DNA from: Anaerolineae bacterium
GTDB taxonomy: Bacteria > Chloroflexota > Anaerolineae > UBA4142
Assembly (NCBI GenBank): GCA_026417715.1
Contig: JAOACU010000001.1
Coordinates: 1 to 34,372 of the forward strand
Direction: 5' to 3'
DNA: 34,372 bases
Position numbers and translations under genes: made by a program
Part shown: one piece after another, positions 1 through 8,248 of the stretch
Numbering within the stretch: position 1 is the first letter of the stretch
How the letters are laid out: every line of letters begins with the position of its first letter
The notes under the pieces: generated by a model
What the model was told of the DNA's origin: nothing
What the model saw: only the letters and a program-made list of their open reading frames with translations
Databases searched by the model: none

Positions 1-10
1 GTCCGATGGT

Positions 11-1666
11 TTATTTCCGTTCCAAGATGCGCACATCCTTGTAGTACACAAACCCTAGGATACGACCGCGCACCCAACCATCTACATACGGACGTACAAG
101 TTCGCGCCCACCGTAGTAGTAGATGGGAATCACCGGCATCTCTTCGGCGAGGATGGCTTCGGCTTGTTCGTACATTTCTTTGCGTTTCTTGGCATCGGGT
201 TCGCCGCGCGCCGCTCGCACGATCTTGTCGTACTCGTCATGTTTCCATTTCACGTTGAAATAGTCTTGCGCGGAATCCCACAGGATGTTGTACCAGTTGT
301 TGGGATCCTCATAGTCCGAGAGCCAGCCGCCGCGATAGATGTCGTAATCGGCTTCGGTGCGCCACTTGAGAAAGACCGCCCATTCCATATTCTCTAGTTT
401 GACATTGATTCCCAACGTCTCTTTCCAAGTGGCTTGCAAGTACTCGGCGATGATTTTGTGCGTCGCGGCTGTATTGTAGGTGTAAACGATCTCACGCATT
501 CCCTTGCCATCGGGGAAACCTGCCTCTGCCAAGAGTTTCTTTGCCAGCGCTACATCTACTTTGCCATACTTGCTCAGTTCGGGTTTGTGTCCATCAATAC
601 CGGGAGGTGTAATGATGGGAGCAGGTTTACCAACGACCCTTGCCAAGTCAATCACCTTTTGGCGATCAATCACCAGTGAGAGGGCTTGTCGGACGCGCTT
701 GTCGTTGAACGGCGGCTTTTTGTTGTTGATGGAGAGGAAGTAGGTTCCAGAAGAATCGTAAACGTAAACTTCTTTGCTCAAGACAGGATCTTTGAGGATG
801 CGATCCGTATCCGCAGGAGGCAGTGCCACACCGGCATCCAACTCCTTATTCTCGTATGCCGCCAGTTGTTGCGCTTCGGTGCCACCCGGATAGATTGGGC
901 GGATCACTTTGGTCAGCGTGGGTTTCTTACCCCAATAATCGGGGTTAGGCACTAGCACCAACTCTTTGTCGTGCTCCCATTTTTCCAGTTTGAATGGACC
1001 GCTGGTGACGATATTGGCGGCTTCGGTCCATTTCTTGTCGTGCTTTTCGATGGCTTGGCGTGGCACTGGCATCAATGTCCACGTGCTCGCCAGACGCAAA
1101 AAGTAGCCGGCGGGCTCTTCTAGTGTTACAACCAGGGTGTAATCGTCAACTGCTTTTACTCCCATCGCATCAAGGTCTTTGATTTCGCCCTTGTTGATTT
1201 TCATCCCGTTCTTGATCGGATAGACGGCTTTGGCATACGGCGAGGCGGTCGCGGGATTAGCAACGCGCTTCCAGGCATACTCGAAATCTTTCGCGGTGAT
1301 GGGGGTGCCATCGGTCCACTTGGGTCCCTTGCGGATGTTGAAGGTGTAGGTCAAGCCGTCCGGGGAAACGCTCCACTTTTCAGCCAGCATTGGGACGAGG
1401 TTACCTTTCATGTCCACATCAAGCAGAGCGTCGAAGAGTTGTACGACCACGCCCAACGAGTTTGTGTCTTGCGCTAAACCGGGATCCAGACTTGCTGGTT
1501 CGGTCATTGGCACACGCAGAACTTGTTCCTTCGCCAGCACGGGACCTGGGGGTGCTGCAGGGGGCTTGGTCGGTTCAGGGGTTGGCGCCGCGCACGCGGC
1601 AATGAACGCCAAGGCGACGATCAGCACGAGGACGCCGATGAATGGTTTCTTCCAAACGATGCTCAT
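11..1666 (-). CDS. ABC transporter substrate-binding lipoprotein, peptide/nickel family 5 (OppA/DppA-like)
   Basis: 551-aa ORF. N-terminal signal peptide with a lipobox-like FIAAC and a Pro-rich linker, then family-5 SBP-like sequence over the full length. ATG at 1664-1666 is preceded by GGAGG (complement of about 1674-1678). Confidence 0.88.
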   Translation of the reverse strand: MSIVWKKPFIGVLVLIVALAFIAACAAPTPEPTKPPAAPPGPVLAKEQVLRVPMTEPASLDPGLAQDTNSLGVVVQLFDALLDVDMKGNLVPMLAEKWSVSPDGLTYTFNIRKGPKWTDGTPITAKDFEYAWKRVANPATASPYAKAVYPIKNGMKINKGEIKDLDAMGVKAVDDYTLVVTLEEPAGYFLRLASTWTLMPVPRQAIEKHDKKWTEAANIVTSGPFKLEKWEHDKELVLVPNPDYWGKKPTLTKVIRPIYPGGTEAQQLAAYENKELDAGVALPPADTDRILKDPVLSKEVYVYDSSGTYFLSINNKKPPFNDKRVRQALSLVIDRQKVIDLARVVGKPAPIITPPGIDGHKPELSKYGKVDVALAKKLLAEAGFPDGKGMREIVYTYNTAATHKIIAEYLQATWKETLGINVKLENMEWAVFLKWRTEADYDIYRGGWLSDYEDPNNWYNILWDSAQDYFNVKWKHDEYDKIVRAARGEPDAKKRKEMYEQAEAILAEEMPVIPIYYYGGRELVRPYVDGWVRGRILGFVYYKDVRILERK

Positions 1667-1895
1667 TCTTTCTCCTCCCTTAAGAATTAGACCCGATGCG
1701 CATTTTCATCGAGTCGTTTTTTCTCCACTCGGCAATGAGTAGAGTCGAGCAAACGTTCAGTTTGTACGATTACGTGATATGCGCGATAACATCACCTCCT
1801 TTTTTCCGAATGTCGCGATGTGGGTGAAGATGTGCTAGTAGCCCCGATTATAATCAGCGAGTGCAAAATGTCAAAATCGCTCCACACCGATGAGG

Positions 1896-2222
1896 CTAAC
1901 GTTGGCGTGCCCACGCCTGAATCTGTTTCACCAACGAAGCGAGGATTGTCACAAGTTGAACCAACTCGCGCACCGAGAGATCGAAACGCGGTTTTTCTTT
2001 TGTCGTTGGGGATGATTCGCGCGACGCGTCTGCCTCGCGCGTGGTATCGCGTCTTGCGATGCGCCCCGCAATCAAAACCGCCATCAACGCGCCAGCGATT
2101 CCTCCAGCCACTCCTCCCAGAATCGCAGGATACGCTTCACTTTGGCGCAAGGTGCGCGTGACTAGTTGGACACGCGTGACGATTGTTTGCACATCCAGTT
2201 GCTTTTGCATTACCCACCTCAT
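1896..2222 (-). CDS. small hypothetical membrane protein with a glycine-zipper transmembrane helix
   Basis: 108-aa ORF. Central helix AYPAILGGVAGGIAGALMAVLIAG with GxxxG spacing. Its ATG overlaps the stop of the upstream ORF as ATGA (2219-2222), which suggests translational coupling. I recognise no family. Confidence 0.5.
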   Translation of the reverse strand: MRWVMQKQLDVQTIVTRVQLVTRTLRQSEAYPAILGGVAGGIAGALMAVLIAGRIARRDTTREADASRESSPTTKEKPRFDLSVRELVQLVTILASLVKQIQAWARQR

Positions 2223-2557
2223 TCACCCAAGACGAAGCGCCAGACACGGCGCGCCGTGATGTGGAGACGTGTGCCTAGCGCGTACAACGTAATCGGCACA
2301 TTGGCAACGCGCGCGGATGTGCGTTGCGTACCTTGTTCGATCCGACGCGCCCAGAGTTGAGCATTCAACAACGGCGCGCGCAACCATCGCCGGAAACGAC
2401 GTAGGTACAATTGCGCGAAATACAAGACGATACCCGGTATCGCAACAAAAAGTATCGTCCAAAAAATTAGCCAAACGAGAGCCAGATCACGCCAAGGAGC
2501 GAAAGGATTTTCCATTTTCGATTGCCAATTGCCGATTTTCGATTGGTTCGCGCACAA
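2219..2557 (-). CDS. small hypothetical membrane protein
   Basis: 112-aa ORF with the hydrophobic segment LALVWLIFWTILFVAIPGIVLYFAQLY followed by an Arg-rich tail. The start is uncertain: the internal ATG at 2515 (MENPFAPW) is equally plausible, because the first 14 codons lie in a tandem-repeat array. The gene lies 23 nt downstream of the NACHT gene stop on the same strand. Confidence 0.5.
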   Translation of the reverse strand: MCANQSKIGNWQSKMENPFAPWRDLALVWLIFWTILFVAIPGIVLYFAQLYLRRFRRWLRAPLLNAQLWARRIEQGTQRTSARVANVPITLYALGTRLHITARRVWRFVLGE

Positions 2558-2580
2558 ATCGCAAATCGAAAATCGAAAAT
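2513..2580. repeat. degenerate 7-mer tandem array in inverted arrangement (TTTCGAT... / ...AAATCG)
   Basis: ttttcgattgccaattgccgattttcgattgg, then a spacer, then caaatcgcaaatcgaaaatcgaaaat. The two halves are approximate reverse complements. Confidence 0.75.
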
Positions 2581-4289
2581 TATCTATCTCCGTTCATTGT
2601 TGCCAAAATGTCCTGCGCGTATTGCCGCAATTCATCATCAGGAAACTGGAGCAAACTTTGCAGCGATTCGATCATCAACGGGCTGTGAATTCGCTTGAGC
2701 GCGTTGGCAGCAGCCGCGCGCATCTCCGCTGTGCCTTGTTGCAGAGCCACCACCAGTGCAGGCACGGCTTTGACAGTGCCGATTTCACCCAACGCCCTTG
2801 CCGCCGCGCAACGCATTCGCGCATCGGCTTGGAAGGTATGGCTATCGCCGCGCAAGGCGACCAACAAGGGTTCGATTACCCGATCCGTGTAGGCGCGTCC
2901 CAGGGCTTGGACAACCGTCTCGCGCACCATTGCATCTGCATCGCGCAAGCGCGGGAGCAAGTAATCCACTGCACGGTCCATTTGCAATTGCCCCAAGACC
3001 TCGGCGGCGCGTTGACGCGTGCGCGCGTCAGGTGATTGTAACTCGCGCGCACACTCTTCAACCACGCGCTCATCGTGCATTTCGCGCAGTACGTTGATGG
3101 CTTGGGCATCGCCTTCACACGCGCGTTTCAGCCACGTTTGTCGAATCGTCTCGCGCAAATCCGCGCGGAGTGTGAATGCGTGTGCCGCCGCGCGCGCGGC
3201 GAGCCACTCTTCACCTTGCGATTGCAGATTGAGCACCAAGTCGGTGGCATCGCCCAAGCCAGCGTAGAACAGAATCACTTCGCGCCACGCGGGGTCGTTC
3301 AAGTGCGGACGCAAAGATGCTAAACCACTCGCTTGAAGTGCGCGGGCGGCAAAGTACGCTTGCCATAAGGGATGAGCAAACTCGACTGCGCGTTGTTTGA
3401 CGGCGCGTAAGAATCCGCGCGACTTGGCAAGTGCACCGTTTGACACAGGACGCCCATACTGCAAGTCGAGCGCGATGTTTCCCAGCATTTTGAGCGTATC
3501 GGCTTCGGAGAGAGTCGCTTGCACGTAGGCATCGAACAAATCGGTGCGGCGCGTGGGCAATGCCAACTCGCGTTGCCATAGATACGCTAACAAACGCAAG
3601 GTCAATGGGTTGGAGGTGAGTACACGCGGCACATTGTTCGTCTTGAGCGATGCGACAAACGTCGCCGCATTCGTCACACCCAGTTTATTGGCAAATGCTT
3701 CGATCTCGCTGTCGCGAAAGCCGGGCAAACGATATTCGACAAAGTCCGCTAGGGGTTTTTCGGCGCTGGCAATGATGGTCGCGTTCTGATATTCTTTGAG
3801 TGCGATGCGCAAGGTCTCGGTATCGAGTGTGTCGGCATCGTCAATCAATACCAAGGCGCGACCCTCAGCGAATACACGCGGGAAGAAGAGGCGTGGAGTA
3901 CGCGCGACGAGTGTATCACTCAACGTTAGACCGCGTGGCACGTCGTAGATGTACGGTAAGGACACATCGGGACGCGCAGAAAAAAAGAGGGGAACGGGAG
4001 CGCGGGGGTTTTTGAGCAGGCGGCGCGCCGCTGTGACGGCTAGATAGACCAGCGTGGTGGTTTTGCCAGTACCAGGCGCACCTGTGATGACTAGGCGCGG
4101 TGTCTGTGACAGGGTTGCCATCAAACCGCGTGGTTCAATCCACTCGGTTTCAAGGACGACACGTGCGCCGGGGAAAGGTAGGTAGCGAAAGCGCGCACAG
4201 AGGTACTCGGCATACGCGCGCTGAAAGCGCAAGGTTGGATCGAAAAGAGCAACAAGTGAATTCATCGCCGATAATTTTAACACTGGCAC
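2580..4289 (-). CDS. NACHT-family STAND P-loop NTPase with C-terminal HEAT (PBS-lyase type) repeats
   Basis: 569-aa ORF. Walker A is ITGAPGTGKTT and Walker B-like is LVLIDDAD. An NPLTLRLLA motif typical of NACHT is present. The C-terminal ~170 aa carry repeated units (AAEVLGQL..AVDYLLPRLRD.D..VR, ARALGEIG..KAVPALV.AL). The short N-terminal region of about 65 aa has no recognisable effector domain. The start is GTG 4289 or ATG 4265. Confidence 0.85.
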   Translation of the reverse strand: MPVLKLSAMNSLVALFDPTLRFQRAYAEYLCARFRYLPFPGARVVLETEWIEPRGLMATLSQTPRLVITGAPGTGKTTTLVYLAVTAARRLLKNPRAPVPLFFSARPDVSLPYIYDVPRGLTLSDTLVARTPRLFFPRVFAEGRALVLIDDADTLDTETLRIALKEYQNATIIASAEKPLADFVEYRLPGFRDSEIEAFANKLGVTNAATFVASLKTNNVPRVLTSNPLTLRLLAYLWQRELALPTRRTDLFDAYVQATLSEADTLKMLGNIALDLQYGRPVSNGALAKSRGFLRAVKQRAVEFAHPLWQAYFAARALQASGLASLRPHLNDPAWREVILFYAGLGDATDLVLNLQSQGEEWLAARAAAHAFTLRADLRETIRQTWLKRACEGDAQAINVLREMHDERVVEECARELQSPDARTRQRAAEVLGQLQMDRAVDYLLPRLRDADAMVRETVVQALGRAYTDRVIEPLLVALRGDSHTFQADARMRCAAARALGEIGTVKAVPALVVALQQGTAEMRAAAANALKRIHSPLMIESLQSLLQFPDDELRQYAQDILATMNGDR

Positions 4290-4303
4290 GCCGTTGTGTC
4301 AAT

Positions 4304-4396
4304 CACTCTTGGAGAGAAAGAGGTTTCTAGACCTCACAGGTCTCGGAGACCTGTGAGGTCTGAACAAGCCCATTTACCGTTTTCTACCCATGAGTG
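4304..4396 (+). repeat. MITE/REP-like element, family 1 copy A (imperfect terminal inverted repeats plus a central 16-bp-arm palindrome)
   Basis: The core tttctagacctcacaggtctcggagacctgtgaggtctgaacaagcc(c)atttaccgttttctaccca is almost identical, bar a single 1-nt indel, to 32327-32394. The ends cactcttggagagaaa and tttctacccatgagtg are imperfect inverted repeats. Confidence 0.7.
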
Positions 4397-4400
4397 GTCG

Positions 4401-5486
4401 TTAAATTTTCACAATCGGTTCTTTACTCGCCTGACTCAACACTTCAACACCGTTATCGCGAATCACCACCAAGTCTTCGATGCGTACACCACCCCAGCCC
4501 GGAATGTAAATGCCCGGCTCGATGGTCAACGTCATTCCGTCGCGATACACATCCTTGCTCAACTTGCTAGCGCGCGGACCTTCGTGCACAGCAAGACCAA
4601 CGCCGTGCCCCAAGCCGTGTCCAAACGGCTCGAACTCGCTCTTGGCGATGACGTTACGCGCGAACGCATCGGCACGCTTGCCTTTGACGCCGGCGCGAAT
4701 TTTCTTTTCGGCGTGTTCCTGCGCTTTGAGCACCGTGTTGTACACTTTCAAAAACTGATGATCGGCGGGTTCGCCCAAACAAATCGTACGGGTCAAATCG
4801 GAGTGATAACGCTGGATGCGGCAGCCGATGTCCACGACAATGGGTTCACCGCGCTGAATCACGCGATCACCGGGAATTGCATGCGGTAGCGCGCCGTTGG
4901 GTCCCGATGCAACGATGAGATCGAAGGCGACTTTGTCTGCGCCGTTCTCGCGCATAAATTTTTCGATGATCCACGCGGCTTGTTTTTCAGTCATTCCGGG
5001 TCTGACCGTAGCGCAAAAATGTGCAAATGCGCGATCGGTCAATTCGACCGCGCGCTTGATCAGTTCGAGTTCGCCGGGTTCTTTGACGATGCGCAACTCT
5101 TCGACCAAGCCCTTGGTGGGTACGAGTTTGAACCCTACTTTGCGCGCGACTTTACTCCACTCTTTGAGCGTGGCGACTGTCAGATGCGTCGCTTCAAAAC
5201 CCATCGTCTTGGGTTTGACTTCAGCGGCAAAATCGGCGAGCGGTTTGTTGCGATCGTACCCCGACTCGAGCAACTTGAATTCAGGCGCGCGTAGTTTCAC
5301 ATCTTCATAGTATCGCGAATCGGTAGCGATCCATGCTTGCTCTGCGGAAAGTAACAGTGTGGCGTCCAGATACTCGCCGCCTGAAAATCCAGAGAGATAG
5401 TATTGATTTTCGGGACGAGTGATAAGTAAGGCGTCAAGTCCTTGTGCAGACATTTTGGCGCGTAAGGCGTTGACGCGTTGGTTCAT
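4401..5486 (-). CDS. Xaa-Pro aminopeptidase/dipeptidase, M24B family
   Basis: Creatinase-like N-domain plus M24 pita-bread domain, with metal ligands in context (DIGC..YHSDLTRT, HGLGHGVGL..HE, IEPG, RIED). I chose the start ATG 5484-5486 (MNQRVNALR) with GGAG 5 nt upstream. The upstream 62 codons of the tracked ORF are only a translation of a heptamer array. Confidence 0.9.
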   Translation of the reverse strand: MNQRVNALRAKMSAQGLDALLITRPENQYYLSGFSGGEYLDATLLLSAEQAWIATDSRYYEDVKLRAPEFKLLESGYDRNKPLADFAAEVKPKTMGFEATHLTVATLKEWSKVARKVGFKLVPTKGLVEELRIVKEPGELELIKRAVELTDRAFAHFCATVRPGMTEKQAAWIIEKFMRENGADKVAFDLIVASGPNGALPHAIPGDRVIQRGEPIVVDIGCRIQRYHSDLTRTICLGEPADHQFLKVYNTVLKAQEHAEKKIRAGVKGKRADAFARNVIAKSEFEPFGHGLGHGVGLAVHEGPRASKLSKDVYRDGMTLTIEPGIYIPGWGGVRIEDLVVIRDNGVEVLSQASKEPIVKI

Positions 5487-5498
5487 AGTGCTCCTTTC

Positions 5499-5569
5499 GT
5501 ATTGCGTAATGCGTATTGCGTAATGCGTATTGCGTAATGCGTATTGCGTGGTGCGTATTGCGTAGTTGC
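5499..5569. repeat. tandem heptamer array GTAWTGC, about 10 units
   Basis: gtattgc gtaatgc gtattgc gtaatgc gtattgc gtaatgc gtattgc gtggtgc gtattgc gtagttgc. It lies in the divergent intergenic region between the peptidase and the TPR gene. Confidence 0.9.
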
Positions 5570-5683
5570 ATTGTAGCACAAGTTGGGACGGCGCGCTAGT
5601 TGGGGTTCGGGTGTGCCGGTGGTGTGAGTTGACAGCAAATAGATTCGATGCGAGAATGAAATTGCAAGACAAAAGGAGTGGAT

Positions 5684-6412
5684 ATGTCGTTCAGAATTCT
5701 TGGTGCTATCGTTTTGTTTCTCGCCATCGGCACAGTCGGTTGTGAAACCGCAACGACGGCGCCACCCTATCCTGCGCCGCCTAGTCTGCCGTCTTCACAA
5801 GCGTATCCTGCCCCACAGATGCCATCCGCCGCGTTGCCTACTCCGTCCCCGATTATGGATTTGTTTCAACGCGCCGAAATCGCATACCACAACGGCAACC
5901 TCGATGCGGCATTCGCCTACTACACTCAAATCATTGAACTTGACCCCAAGAACACCGATGCGTATTACAACCGCGCCATCATTTACGAAGATCAAGGCAA
6001 TCTTGATCAAGCGATTGCCGAGTACACACACATCTTGACGCTCGATCCCAAGTATGTCCGCGCCGTATACAATCGTGGCTTGCTCTACCACAAGCAAGGC
6101 AAACTCGAACAAGCGATTGAAGATTACAGTCGAGCGATGGAACTCGATCCAAAATCACCGCGCCCGTACAACAATCGCGGACTGGTGTACGAAGATTTGG
6201 GCGATCCAACACGCGCGCTTGCCGATTATTCCAAAGCCATCGAACTTAATCCGAATTTTGCACTTGCCTACCTCAATCGCGGTTTGCTCCACCGCGCGCA
6301 AGGACGCAAAGCACAAGCCATCGCCGATTTGGAAAAGTATCTGGAATTGGCACCGCACGCGGCAGACCGCGCACAAGTGGAAGAATGGATCCGTGAATTG
6401 AAAGGAAGGTAA
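5684..6412 (+). CDS. TPR-repeat lipoprotein
   Basis: Signal peptide with lipobox (LAIGTVGC) and a Pro-rich linker, then about five TPR units (A..Y...I.L.P....AYYNRG..Y). ATG 5684 follows AAGGAG at 5673-5678. The ORF track begins 6 nt earlier at a GTG. Confidence 0.85.
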   Translation: MSFRILGAIVLFLAIGTVGCETATTAPPYPAPPSLPSSQAYPAPQMPSAALPTPSPIMDLFQRAEIAYHNGNLDAAFAYYTQIIELDPKNTDAYYNRAIIYEDQGNLDQAIAEYTHILTLDPKYVRAVYNRGLLYHKQGKLEQAIEDYSRAMELDPKSPRPYNNRGLVYEDLGDPTRALADYSKAIELNPNFALAYLNRGLLHRAQGRKAQAIADLEKYLELAPHAADRAQVEEWIRELKGR

Positions 6413-6424
6413 GTTTCAAAAAAG

Positions 6425-7030
6425 ATGCGCGTAATTTCAGGTGTTGCCAAAGGACACCCACTCAAAGCCGCAGGGGCAGCCACGCGACCGATTACCGATC
6501 GCGTCAAAGAAAACCTGTTCAACATTTTAGGTGCGCGGATTGTGGACGCGCGCGTGCTCGATTTGTTCGCGGGCGCCGGCAGTGTTGGCATCGAAGCGTT
6601 GTCGCGCGGCGCGCGCGCGGCAACCTTCGTCGAGGTGGATCGCACTGCGCTGAATGCCATTCGCGCGAATCTGGAGGCAACGCGCCTTGCTGACCGCGCG
6701 CACATCGTACGTCGCGATGTGTTCAAGTTCTTGCGCGACACACCGGAGCCGTACGACCTGATTTACGTTGCGCCGCCGCAATATCAGGGTTTGTGGATGG
6801 GAACGCTGGCATTGCTCGATCAAGGCGCGTGGTTATCCGAATGTGGAGTCGTGGTGGTGCAGATTCACCCGAAGGAGTACAAAGAACTTGCGCTGACGAA
6901 CTTGGTGTTGTTCGATCAGCGCAAGTATGGAAGCACAATGTTGTGTTTCTATCGGCGTGCGTCGGAACGCAAAGCCGATGGCACTCCGAGTTCACCCAGT
7001 AGTTCTATCACCTCGGCATCGCTGGTTTGA
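6425..7030 (+). CDS. rsmD: 16S rRNA (guanine966-N2)-methyltransferase
   Basis: MRVISG..KG..L......TRPT.DRVKE.LFNIL, the SAM motif LDLFAGAGSVGIEALSRGA, and the catalytic-region motif VAPPQY. The last ~27 codons are non-conserved and overlap the convergent gene. Confidence 0.85.
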   Translation: MRVISGVAKGHPLKAAGAATRPITDRVKENLFNILGARIVDARVLDLFAGAGSVGIEALSRGARAATFVEVDRTALNAIRANLEATRLADRAHIVRRDVFKFLRDTPEPYDLIYVAPPQYQGLWMGTLALLDQGAWLSECGVVVVQIHPKEYKELALTNLVLFDQRKYGSTMLCFYRRASERKADGTPSSPSSSITSASLV

Positions 7031-7617
7031 CCAAAGTGCGTGTAGAATCGTCCGACCGCCCAAAACGGTTCGGGCGTAGCCAACACAACCACTTGATCGC
7101 ACTCTTGTCCCAAGCGTTGAATCGTCTCTGGAGGTCCGACGGGAATCGCCAAAATCACGCGCGCGGGTTGAGATTGGCGTAGCGCGCGCAACGCGGCAAG
7201 CATCGTCGAACCAGTTGCCACACCGTCGTCGGTAATGACGACGGTTTTGTTTTGCACATCGAGTGGCGGACGATTCTTGCGGTACACTTCGAGTCGGCGC
7301 GCGATCTCTTGACGTTGATACTCGATTTCGCGTTCGATCTCTTTCTGCGATAACCGCAACTCGATGATGAGTGTTTCGTCGAGCAACACTTCGCCCGTGC
7401 TTGTGATCGCGCCGATAGCAAGTTCGGGGTTGAACGGCGCGCCGAGTTTGTGCGCGATGAACACATCGAGCGGCGCGTGGAGCGCGCGCGCGATTTCTGC
7501 CGCGACGACGACACCACCGCGCGGAATGCCGAGCACGATGACGTTTGGCTGTCCCTGCAAAAAGTGCAAACGTGCGGCAAGTTGCTTGCCCGCGTCTGTG
7601 CGATCTTTGAACAACAT
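6949..7617 (-). CDS. phosphoribosyltransferase-family protein (COG1926-like, function unknown)
   Basis: The N-terminus MLFKDRTDAGKQLA is characteristic of this family. The PRPP-binding loop is VVITDDGVATGSTM. I prefer ATG at 7615-7617 over the TTG at 7632, which lies in the repeat array. Confidence 0.8.
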   Translation of the reverse strand: MLFKDRTDAGKQLAARLHFLQGQPNVIVLGIPRGGVVVAAEIARALHAPLDVFIAHKLGAPFNPELAIGAITSTGEVLLDETLIIELRLSQKEIEREIEYQRQEIARRLEVYRKNRPPLDVQNKTVVITDDGVATGSTMLAALRALRQSQPARVILAIPVGPPETIQRLGQECDQVVVLATPEPFWAVGRFYTHFGQTSDAEVIELLGELGVPSALRSDARR

Positions 7618-7627
7618 CGTCCCCTTA

Positions 7628-7713
7628 CCCAATCATCTAATCACCCAATCACCCAATTACCCAATCATCTAATCACCCAATCACCCAATTACCCAATCAC
7701 CTAATCACCCAAT
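7628..7713. repeat. tandem octamer array AATCACCC, about 11 units, with a 32-bp super-period
   Basis: aatcatct aatcaccc aatcaccc aattaccc, repeated about 2.5 times. It is the reverse complement of the GATTGGGT/GATTRGW arrays at 8158-8227 and 30394-30460. Confidence 0.9.
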
Positions 7714-8238
7714 TTTTCCCAACGCCAACTCAACCGCGTGTTGCGCATCGCGCGCTACCACGATACGCGCGCGCGTGTTCCCGCGCGTCAGTTGCCATGT
7801 GTGCAAGCCGATGACTGGAATCCCGAACTTGAGCGCGAACGCAATTTCGCTCAACGTGCCATACTCACCACCGACGGCGATCACCGCGCGCGCGGTGCGC
7901 ACGACGATACTGTTGCGCGCTTCACCCAAGCCGGTGACAATCGGAATGTCCACGTACGGATTTGCCTCGCGCGGTGTTTTGCCGGGCAGAATGCCAATCG
8001 TCAAACCCCCCGCGCGTTTCGCACCTTTGCACGCGGCTTCCATCACACCACCCAAACCGCCGCATACCACAATCGCGCCGCGTCGCGCCAGTTCGTAACC
8101 CACTTGTTCCGCCAGCGCGTAGGTTTCCGCATCGCAGCGTCGCGCGCCGATGACGGAGATTAGAGATTGGAGATTAGTGATTGGTGATTGGAGATTAGTG
8201 ATTAGAGATTGGTGATTGGAGTTAGAGCGCTTGGACAT
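7705..8238 (-). CDS. TIGR00725-family protein (LOG/SLOG-like Rossmann fold)
   Basis: VVCGGLGGVMEAA.KGA...GG..IGILPG and AVGGEYGTLSEIAFALK are typical of TIGR00725/LOG-like proteins. ATG 8236-8238 has GGAGG upstream. This start avoids overlap with thpR but makes the first ~27 codons a translated heptamer array. Confidence 0.78.
   Translation of the reverse strand: MSKRSNSNHQSLITNLQSPITNLQSLISVIGARRCDAETYALAEQVGYELARRGAIVVCGGLGGVMEAACKGAKRAGGLTIGILPGKTPREANPYVDIPIVTGLGEARNSIVVRTARAVIAVGGEYGTLSEIAFALKFGIPVIGLHTWQLTRGNTRARIVVARDAQHAVELALGKIG
8158..8227. repeat. tandem heptamer array GATTRGW, about 10 units
   Basis: gattaga gattgga gattagt gattggt gattgga gattagt gattaga gattggt gattgga gttagag. 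It is followed at 8240-8272 by a second array, cgtcctc cgtcatc cgtcttc cgtcctc cgtc. Confidence 0.9.
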
Positions 8239-8248
8239 TCGTCCTCCG

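Noticed and set aside
5487-5672. 62-codon N-terminal extension of the M24 peptidase ORF (tracked start 5672).
   Set aside because: The extension is a translation of the GTAWTGC heptamer array (..YAIRTTQYALRNTHYAIRITQY..). An internal ATG at 5486 with GGAG upstream gives the canonical N-terminus.
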